From IMG/VR virus record IMGVR_UViG_3300032516_000001, positions 62,001 to 126,000 of that record: DNA of 64,000 bases; one strand, 5' to 3'. Position numbers and translations under genes: made by a program. A model generated the notes under the pieces. It searched no databases, was not told where the DNA came from, and worked only from the letters and a program-made list of their open reading frames with translations. Numbering within the stretch: the stretch's first letter is position 1; each line of letters starts with the position of its first letter. Positions 40,499-49,500 of this stretch are shown piece after piece.

Positions 40499-41677
40499 TT
40501 AAGCTCTAGGCAAGAAATTGAATCTAGGATCTAACCGCAAATTTTTAATAGGATCATTCTGCAACGAATATGGATTCGGATTTCCAATTATTCTCTTAAA
40601 AGTCAATGGCTCTCGAGAACGACTCACTATAGTTGATGTCACAACGGCTACTGTTGGATCCTGAGGGGATATTTCAACATTTATCCCGGCTAAAGCGTAT
40701 GGGAATTCAGCATCCGATATTTGCTGAAATCTGAATCTTTGATCTTGTTGTGTTTTGATATTCTGATACGTTTGGAATGCTTGGTTTATGTCCATTGCTA
40801 TTAAAGAATTCATGGATACCCCACCAGCATTCCCTTTACCTCCGATTCGATTAACTATCGCGGATCCAAGCCACCCCCACTTAAAATGGGAGCCGATTTT
40901 AGTAAATACAAACTTATCGAATTCCTGGGATAATAAATCAAGATCAGTTACAATTTCATATTGCCCATCCAATACTCGATAATCGAATTCAATTCTTGAT
41001 CCATGACATCTTCTACAATTTACAGAATCAGTGACATAACTAGCTTGGAATAACGGGGAGTCATTTGGAATTGGATACTCAAGTATAATAACTCTGTCTT
41101 TCCCATCTAATGTAAATGGACTCATTACCAATTGCCAGGAAGGAAAAATCTTTCTACCAGTTATTACACGACCCGGGGTAATACCAAGAATTGAGTATGC
41201 ACCTAAGACTCTAGCGGTTGATATTAAAGAACTTGTAGTATCAGTCCATCTTGGGTCAGGAAATGAAAATGCGGCTCCAGACGTCGGATTTTTAGACCGG
41301 AAAAATATTCTTTTATTTTGTTCATAAATAGATAATTCCGGAATTTTATTTTGCAAATCTTGAGCTAAATCCTTAGCTCTAACCCGAGAACCAGGAATTA
41401 ATTGAACAAATCTTGGAGCGTCAAATCCTATCCTGATATATAATAAATCGTTAACATTAGATTCGATTCGATACGGTTCTGTCTTAATAATTGGTAATTC
41501 GGCATATGAATATAAACCGGTCTTAGGAACCAATACGCCATCAACATATAATGATATATTCTGATTACTCGGCGGTCTTTGAAAATAAAGTGTATTGAAG
41601 GCGTTTGGATCCAATGTCAAAGTCTCAAAAAAGACCTCATGTGGACATATCTGTTGTGTCCCAAAGTCATATGACAT
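40499..41677 (-). CDS. gp25/GpW-like baseplate protein with N-terminal extension and CxxC
   Basis: CRRCHG then LLSQEFDKFVFTKIGS...LGS and QDPTVAVV gp25-like segment; immediately upstream of gpJ-like gene. Confidence 0.6.
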   Translation of the reverse strand: MSYDFGTQQICPHEVFFETLTLDPNAFNTLYFQRPPSNQNISLYVDGVLVPKTGLYSYAELPIIKTEPYRIESNVNDLLYIRIGFDAPRFVQLIPGSRVRAKDLAQDLQNKIPELSIYEQNKRIFFRSKNPTSGAAFSFPDPRWTDTTSSLISTARVLGAYSILGITPGRVITGRKIFPSWQLVMSPFTLDGKDRVIILEYPIPNDSPLFQASYVTDSVNCRRCHGSRIEFDYRVLDGQYEIVTDLDLLSQEFDKFVFTKIGSHFKWGWLGSAIVNRIGGKGNAGGVSMNSLIAMDINQAFQTYQNIKTQQDQRFRFQQISDAEFPYALAGINVEISPQDPTVAVVTSTIVSRSREPLTFKRIIGNPNPYSLQNDPIKNLRLDPRFNFLPRA

Positions 41678-42424
41678 TATTCGGCCCCTTGATTTGAACC
41701 AGGGCCCCCTCTTTGGGCCCCGGCTTCTGCTAACTCTTCAGCAGCTGCTAATGTTCTATCAGCCACATTTCCGATATTCAATCCAAAGAGATCTTGCTGA
41801 TTTTTCACAGTATTAGCTGTATAAGGTGTGTTAGCTTGGATTTCGATCTTCCTAATTAACGTGTCTACTGATGTAGATTCGGTTAGTAATTTATCAATGA
41901 GAACGACTTCTTGTTGTAATTGATCGGAATAATCTAACGCTCTTTTAATCTTGAATTCTAATTTTTCTCGTTTGGATTTTATAATCTCAAGTTGCCATGC
42001 TTTCATTCTTTCAACTCTTAACCCTAAATCTCTGTCATATCTTTGACCACCTCTCCATCGCCTGCTATCAGTATAGGTTTCAGAGTATCCACCAGAAACT
42101 AAACCGTCTTGTCTGACAGTAATAGGTTCTCCTCTAGTCAAAAATACTGGAACATCACGAGTCCTCAATAACATTTCTTTTTCCGGATATCCACCTAATA
42201 TTCTATATGCGGAGAGTAATTTGGCTCCGTAACTATTCAAAGGCGATACCGAAAAAGATTTCGGATAATTATTATCATCGTATTCAGTAGTAAACACACC
42301 GGCTCTTAGTAACTCCTTTTGAAGCCATTTCTTCCGTAATTGCAAATCAAGTTTTTGAATCTTAGAAAAAGCCTTAAATGCCTCCCATTGACCTTGAGTG
42401 AAATGTGCCGAAGAAATTATACAT
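41677..42424 (-). CDS. hypothetical baseplate-region protein; true start probably ATG 42424 with a +1 frame break at 42403-42400
   Basis: Perfect SD AAGGAGGT 8 nt before ATG 42424; that frame stops after 16 codons while the +1 frame is open to 41677; coiled-coil C-terminal half. Confidence 0.6.
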
Positions 42425-43388
42425 GTTCTTCTACCTCCTTCCTCTTATGAATGCATATTCCATTACCGATATATTTACTAAAATTGCAATTCCAACACAA
42501 AATTTGATAAAGATTTCTATCCAATGTCTCGTCAAGCAGCCGACGATAAAAATACGACGTTCCACATTTATTCATGTGTCTGACCAAAGACCCATCGTTA
42601 TTAACATGATCTATATTTAATTTAAAAATTTCAGTTTGACCACAACAAGCGCAATGATCTCCTAATAAAGTAATGACCTTAGATCTCAAAATCATATTAT
42701 TTTGTTTTTGACAATATGGACAACCACTACGTTTTCTTGTTCCATATTTCAAATGATATGAAGTCCTTGTTAATTTCGGTCTACCACATGTTTTACACGA
42801 ATCACCATTGAAAGGATGAATAGAAATCGGGTCTTTAAAAAATAATAATTTATTTGCCTTCTCACCATTGCAGTTTCTACATAAAATTTGATAGTTAGTA
42901 ATATCCTGTATACCGCTCGCGATCTTAGAATACAAGCACTTATGATGCATTGTTTTACGTTCAATCGCGCCATCATTATTTATATGATCTATAGTTAAAA
43001 ATTCTATTTCTTTCCCCCCACATTTTACACAAACTCCGCCAAGAAGTTCTATTGTCCGTAATTTATTTCGATAATGCCTGTCTCTGTCTTTCTTATTTAA
43101 TTCTGTTTTATTTACGATTCTATATTTTGCACCATAATTGATCACATACTCTCTATTTTCATGTTTTTTTCTCCAATTCTTAAGATTCAGTAATATCTTA
43201 TCTCTATTGTTTGCTTTATATTTAGGTAACCACTTAATATTATATTTATTCATGTAAGCACGAGTACATTTTCTACATACTGAATTGAATCCGCTTTTCC
43301 TATTGCTTCTCCGACAGAATTCAGAGATACTCTTGATTTCTTTACATTTCGTGCACGTTTTCAGCTGATCAGTTATCTGATCAATCAT
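42417..43388 (-). CDS. HNH homing endonuclease with two tandem nuclease domains
   Basis: CTKC..CRKC N-terminus; CxxCG..LTIDHINNDG..YQILCRNCN and CACCG..LNIDHVNNDG..YQILCWNCN. Confidence 0.85.
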   Translation of the reverse strand: MIDQITDQLKTCTKCKEIKSISEFCRRSNRKSGFNSVCRKCTRAYMNKYNIKWLPKYKANNRDKILLNLKNWRKKHENREYVINYGAKYRIVNKTELNKKDRDRHYRNKLRTIELLGGVCVKCGGKEIEFLTIDHINNDGAIERKTMHHKCLYSKIASGIQDITNYQILCRNCNGEKANKLLFFKDPISIHPFNGDSCKTCGRPKLTRTSYHLKYGTRKRSGCPYCQKQNNMILRSKVITLLGDHCACCGQTEIFKLNIDHVNNDGSLVRHMNKCGTSYFYRRLLDETLDRNLYQILCWNCNFSKYIGNGICIHKRKEVEEHV

Positions 43389-45655
43389 AAATTCACTTGT
43401 CCAGCGGTCAATAAGAAGAGAATAACTTTGATGGCGGCTACAAAACCTTCTCCCGGTCCACCAGCAGTAGCAACAATGCCAGAATATAAATTTGCTGATG
43501 GTTCCGGTTTATTTTCGGATTGCGTCAGTAATCCGACCAATGATTCGGCACTACCCTGTCCAGACACCCCAAGAATGCTAGCAGTAAATGAAATATTTAG
43601 TATATCCATAATGTTTATAAGTGTCTGAACGATTTGTTTTAAAGCTTCTACTTTTTGTATCAATGTCTCGATAATTTCAGTAATGGCCTGTAGTGCACTA
43701 TTTACAGCTCGCAATAAAGATAATAGAAATTGTTCAAACTGGAACATGAATGGTAATAATGCTGGAAACAAATCACCAACAATTACAGATTGCCAAACTA
43801 AATATGAAGATTGAGCACCGCCAGATCCGCCAATCGCCAGTCTGAGGAAGTCTGCTAAATCAAGTCTTTCCTGCAGAGTAGCATAGGATAAAGTCGAGAT
43901 GCTAGGGGATAACGGTATAGGCCCACTCAACAGTTCTTTTCCTTTTTTGTATGATTCTTCTTTAGCTAAATATGCGTCTATCCTAAGAGCAGCATGGGTA
44001 GTCATTCCACCGAGTATTCCGATATATGACCAGTCTCTATCAAACATAGCTTCGTTAGCAAATGTGATATCAGCAGAATCTGCTACGTAAAATCTCCTCA
44101 CTAGCACCTTTACATTGTTATTCCATTTTGTGGCAAGCATATCGAGAAGCTTTGGTTTATCGTATATGCTTTCATTTATCATGTTAGCCAGTCTACGCGC
44201 CGCAATGGTGAATAAATAATTACTATTCAATGTTGAGGCAGTGTAAAAAGACGCTTTTATTTGACTAATTTGCCCGCCAAGCATTCCCAATGTGCCCCAA
44301 CCAGTCCTTTGTTGATTTCTATATTCAGTATTCTCCAATCCAGGATCTAGAAATACGTTTCCATATGCATCCGTCTTGTTTTGTCCTGGTGGATAAATTG
44401 GGGGAAATTCGAAATTCAACAACAAACCCATTCTTACAGCATCAAGAACGTCATAATACGGATCAAATGCCGCTGTTTCCGGCATCTTTCTCGGTACAAA
44501 TCCAGCAACGACCGGGCTTGGATTTCCAAGAGTTATTCCATTGAAGTCAACATATACAAAATTCTGATCTTTTTTGACAAGTCCTTTAACTCCATTCTTA
44601 ATACCAACCATTTTATCTCTATATTCCATACCATTTCCAAAATATGCACGAACCCTGTAGTAATAGTTCTTCCCAGGCTGTAATTCTGGATCCTCATCAA
44701 TATACGAATAGGACCCAGTTATATACCCTTCCACAAGACTGGGTTCTGAAACGTCAATAACATTTGGGAAATATCTAAATGGAATGCCTCCTCTTTTTTC
44801 TATGATCGGTGTTTTAGAGTTAATATTCGAAAAACTATATCTCGAGGCCAAAGTCTTTGGTTGTGCCCCCATAGTTGAGGATTCTATTTGAGTATATAAT
44901 ATTTCTCCGTTTGGATCCAATTGAGGACCTGAGTCTTGTGGGAATGGTCCCGTTCTCTCTATTAAGAAACTTGGGAATCTAAAACTGTTGTAGAAAGCTA
45001 TGGCTTGATTCATTATGCCAGAAGAATCCTGCCCGGACGGAGCTTCAGGCATTCTCCATTCAAGAGCTATGGCTTGATTTAGATCAGAATCAAATAAATT
45101 CCTGAATTGTCCAACAATGTCTCCACTTTGTTTAACTGGGCTAGCCTTAACGCCGATAGGCGCCGGTAAAGCCATGTCTATCGGTTGTCCGAACAATCTT
45201 GATATTTTATCTAGTAGAGCAAAAAATTTACCTGGATCCGATGCTTCCAAATAAAAAACCGCCATCGCAATACTAGAACCCGGTGGATATTGAGGTCTAA
45301 ATGAATCAGAAGTGTCGAAGAATTTACTTATTACTTTGGTTTCAAATCCTTGATACCCACCACCAACAGAATTTAGAGTAGCGCTAAAATCAGCTTGACT
45401 AAAATCTGGGTAAACAAACAATAGCGAAAAGCCACTTGATTCAATTTGCTTGATCAGTGCCCGTAGCGCAGCAATTAACGAATTGATGATAGCAGAAAAT
45501 GGATTTGTCAGATCAAGTAAAAATATCTTAATCAATGCGAGAAGCGCCTCTAATACAGCCTCAACAATCTCGAGTAACTGTAAAAATAGTTCTAGAGGTG
45601 GCTTCAGTGGATTGAAGATATCGAACTTAAACTGGATCTTCGACCAAGATGCCAT
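43385..45655 (-). CDS. hypothetical virion protein with amphipathic helical termini and central FN3-like region
   Basis: PAPIGVKA..IALEW..YIDED..PGKNYYYRVRAY (FN3-like); Leu/Ile heptads at both ends. Confidence 0.65.
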   Translation of the reverse strand: MASWSKIQFKFDIFNPLKPPLELFLQLLEIVEAVLEALLALIKIFLLDLTNPFSAIINSLIAALRALIKQIESSGFSLLFVYPDFSQADFSATLNSVGGGYQGFETKVISKFFDTSDSFRPQYPPGSSIAMAVFYLEASDPGKFFALLDKISRLFGQPIDMALPAPIGVKASPVKQSGDIVGQFRNLFDSDLNQAIALEWRMPEAPSGQDSSGIMNQAIAFYNSFRFPSFLIERTGPFPQDSGPQLDPNGEILYTQIESSTMGAQPKTLASRYSFSNINSKTPIIEKRGGIPFRYFPNVIDVSEPSLVEGYITGSYSYIDEDPELQPGKNYYYRVRAYFGNGMEYRDKMVGIKNGVKGLVKKDQNFVYVDFNGITLGNPSPVVAGFVPRKMPETAAFDPYYDVLDAVRMGLLLNFEFPPIYPPGQNKTDAYGNVFLDPGLENTEYRNQQRTGWGTLGMLGGQISQIKASFYTASTLNSNYLFTIAARRLANMINESIYDKPKLLDMLATKWNNNVKVLVRRFYVADSADITFANEAMFDRDWSYIGILGGMTTHAALRIDAYLAKEESYKKGKELLSGPIPLSPSISTLSYATLQERLDLADFLRLAIGGSGGAQSSYLVWQSVIVGDLFPALLPFMFQFEQFLLSLLRAVNSALQAITEIIETLIQKVEALKQIVQTLINIMDILNISFTASILGVSGQGSAESLVGLLTQSENKPEPSANLYSGIVATAGGPGEGFVAAIKVILFLLTAGQVNL

Positions 45656-46254
45656 TATTGTATCCTCTTATGACGACAAATCCCGCCACCATAATGTTTA
45701 CTTATATTGCAATTCCAACACAATAATTGATAATCAGAAGTATTTTCGGCATCCCTAACTATACGATAAACGGCCATACCACTTTTCCCTAAAGACCGTA
45801 ATTGACGTCGATGAACTCCGCCATTTTCATGAATGTGATCAACAGTCAAAAATTCTTGTTCCGATTCGCCGCAACAATTGCACCTTCCACCCAATTTCAT
45901 AATGACAGATGACTTTAGTTTATGCCTATATGCTTTACAGGCGTCTAACATCTTTATCTTTTCATCAACGTCGGAATATTTTTCAATAAAATAACCGTGC
46001 ATATATTCTTTTATGGAATTATAATTTTTCCTATAATATTCTTTCCTATTCTTCAATATCTCATTTTTATTGTTTGTATACCATTCATGTTTATACTCTG
46101 TTATCAATTCCTTATTTTGAGCCACATATTTATTATGTGAACTTCGGGCTTTGTTCGTGTTATTGACGTAATATTTTCTACTTCTTTCTTTAATTTTCTT
46201 TTTATTTACTTCATAATATTTTTTCATATATTCTTTTCTATGTTCTTTATCCAT
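45655..46254 (-). CDS. HNH homing endonuclease
   Basis: K/Y-rich helical N-terminus; CNCCGE..FLTVDHIHENG..YQLLCWNCN. Confidence 0.85.
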   Translation of the reverse strand: MDKEHRKEYMKKYYEVNKKKIKERSRKYYVNNTNKARSSHNKYVAQNKELITEYKHEWYTNNKNEILKNRKEYYRKNYNSIKEYMHGYFIEKYSDVDEKIKMLDACKAYRHKLKSSVIMKLGGRCNCCGESEQEFLTVDHIHENGGVHRRQLRSLGKSGMAVYRIVRDAENTSDYQLLCWNCNISKHYGGGICRHKRIQ

Positions 46255-46302
46255 ATCAAATTTAAAAGATTAAAAATTCATAAATTTGACATCTTTAACA
46301 AT

Positions 46303-46584
46303 CTACGGTTTGAAATTTTTTAATACCTCTCTGTAATTTTTGATTTGATCTTCTGTTTGTTTGATACTTCCCTCAACGCTTTCCTTCAATATAGTTAATA
46401 ATTCCATCATCTGATTATTCGACACCTTTTGATTATGCGCCCATTTTGGTTTTACAAACTCTTCACTATTAATAATTTCTGCTGATTTGCTGCTATTTGT
46501 GTTAGACTGGTCTGGCGTGTCAACTCCGCTCTCACTTTCCTGACCAGTGATCCGTACTCCCGATTTGTTCTCTGTTGAATCCAT
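46303..46584 (-). CDS. small coiled-coil hypothetical protein (start uncertain)
   Basis: C-terminal heptads fill the 46303-46451 gap; GAGGT upstream of ATG 46584; overlaps upstream gene by 133 nt. Confidence 0.45.
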   Translation of the reverse strand: MDSTENKSGVRITGQESESGVDTPDQSNTNSSKSAEIINSEEFVKPKWAHNQKVSNNQMMELLTILKESVEGSIKQTEDQIKNYREVLKNFKP

Positions 46585-49500
46585 AAATACCTCGCGTCAT
46601 AGAGTCTATCGCTATTTGTAAGTATGCCAGACAAATTATCCTTAAACGTCGTGATCTTTGCTTGACGATCACTGATGGCAATCATTCTGGCGGCCTTGCC
46701 GGAATCAGTATGGAAAGAAATAAATGCTTGAGTCGAATTTAAAAATGAGATGGTTTCACGTAAGAACTCTGTTACGAATTCAGACCCTCTACTGCTCATA
46801 AACGAATATGGACGAATTATTATATATGGAGTGGATCCTATTGCAGGAAATTCAGCGTATGGAGTATCTCCAATTATTGTTATGTCATTAGCAGTCACGG
46901 AGTCAATTTTATACAATCCATGGTTGTTACCAGATGATGCAAATAATAGACACCCATTATCGACGCCATCTTGTGTAAAAGTTGCCGTCGGATCATTTAA
47001 TATAGTAGTCGACGTCGTATTACCAGTCCCAGAGACTACCTGTCCCCCCGAATTTAAAATACTATCATCAGAACTTTTAATTTCAGAATCGATTTGTGGC
47101 AGCTGGGCTAATGGGGGAATAGGTCCATTCACATTAGAATCGATGACCAATACTTCTTGATTCCAGATTGAATCTAATTGATCTCCAGTATTCGGGTATA
47201 TTCTACAATCTCTACTAATTGGATCAGCAACTGAAAATTGAGCACTCACTTTAGAATGAGTTGGATCTGATATAGTATCAACTTGTCTTATCTGTCCGGC
47301 ATTTGGCCCATTTAAGAATTCGATCTGATACCCAACATTAACTGGAACATTCGATATTATATCAATCCTATTAGTGGCTACTATAGCTGTCCCTATCTGA
47401 GATAAATTTGCCAATTCTCGAGTCAATAAAAACGACTCAGACACCCTCTTTAATAATGGAGCTGGAACCCTGCCATCATCGTTTAATTCCAATCCATCCA
47501 GGACCGGGATCCTAGCCGGATCTACGTTTTGATTATTATATCTAATCAAAACATCTAATAATTCATCTCCCTTAATTGATGTTTGTGGAATATTGAATGG
47601 TGGAGGAAGAGAGAAGTTATTTATTTGTCCATTGTCGAAATCGACATTCAAATCCTTTCCGTCAACATAATAACTAAGAGTCGAATCTGATCCATCATCA
47701 ATGTTAATATTTCTTAGTATACTCCCAGCCGTTAAAGTGGTAGCAGTATCCAAAGTAACTATATCACCAATTACGTCTAATATTGTACCTGAAACATCGG
47801 GGGTTCCATCATATGCATAAACAGTGGCTTTTTGGTTAATTTCAAGAGGCGGTACTAACCGATCTGGATCCCCATTGGTTAGAACTTTGAATGCGACGCC
47901 TCCATATACTACTTCAAAGAATGATCTACCTTGAGAACTTGTTATTTGTAATACTTTGTTTATATTTTCAAATCCTAAACTCCCCATAGTTGCGCCGAAA
48001 TGGAGGAAGCTTGTAAGATCGTTGACCCCGGCTGTAACAGTTCTAAATGTTGGGAACAATCTTGATAGTTTATTTGGTTCCCCCATTCTAGCATAGACCG
48101 GAACTGAATTAAAAGTGACAAATCCGGTTAAAACTAAACGATCAAATAATTTAATACGGTCATCAATATCATTGGTAATTTGATAATAATTATCGATTGG
48201 CGGGTTATCTAGATTTCCATCAAATCTAAATTTTCCGTTATTACCACCGATAACTCGTCCATCCAGATTTGATAAAATATCTTCATATATGTTAATTGTG
48301 TCATTATAATGCTTGAGTAGACGAATTACCGTGACATCTATGTTGTATTGATGTTGCTCTTCAAAATATGGGCTAGGGCTACCATAATCCTTAGTAACCA
48401 TTGATGAGGCGTTGGCTATGTTTGGACCAGACGCCATAGATCCAACACTTGCCTCCAAAAGCTTCTGAACTTCAGGAATGAAAGTTTCGATGGTTTCTAC
48501 TCGATAGAAAAACGAATCGGGAGCATATAAATGATAAGTTGCTTTTAACTGTTGTCCTTGTATTCCATTAACGTCAATATCAGGAGCAATTTGATAGGCA
48601 TAATTGAATGTGAAATTAGTAAAACCAGGTTGATTTTCCCTATACACATATATAATATAAAGAGAATCGCCGAATTTAACATCAGCCGATAGTTTTATTA
48701 TTCCACCTTCTGAAATTGTGTAATCTACTCTATTAACAAGAATTGATCTAGTATTTCCCATTAATACCAAAGTAAATGGAAAATCGATATCGATCGGCTT
48801 TTCAGTTTCAAAATTAGAACTCGGAAACGTTATTGGGCGAATCGTCCTAGTAAGAATCGGAATTATGTAGTTTTTCTTTGCAGAAGTTGTGACCATCACT
48901 TCTGTTTTACTATTATCAGAATTGTATCTAGATGAACGAACCAAAAATGGATCGTTATTTACGGTTACTACTGTTCCACTTGGGTAATAAGCCGATTTAT
49001 CACCAGATATGTATATTGTAGTCGTATTCTTAGAAAATACGTCGATAGAATTTGTTTCCACTATTCTATACGGCCCATTGATTGGTCCGGTAGCTTGAAG
49101 AGGCGCGCCACTCGAGTTATTCGTTGGAATAGTTTCAAACTTAACATTCGTTACATCATTTGATGAATCATATGATACGGACTCGATTATTATTACTTCG
49201 ACGTTCCTTATTAGAATGGCAGATCCAGCAGATAAAATACTGGTTTGATTCCCATTGAATATCGCTGTTTGTTGTCCACTAATGATCTCAGGCGTGTCGA
49301 TATCGACTGGAGTGTATAACAAATCAAAGTTATTATCACCACCAGTCGATTCTTCTACCCAATAATCAAGTACTACCGTCTGTCCAGGTTGGATCGGAGT
49401 GGATAATTCGATTGTATTCGGTGCCTTATATATAAATTCCGATGCATCGAGTGGCATTCCACCAATATATACATTAATTGATTTTGTTGTACTAATTGTT

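Noticed and set aside
42417-46254. Group I introns housing the HNH genes
   Set aside because: HNH ORFs abut or overlap intact neighbouring genes, leaving no room for ribozyme cores, and the flanking genes do not look split
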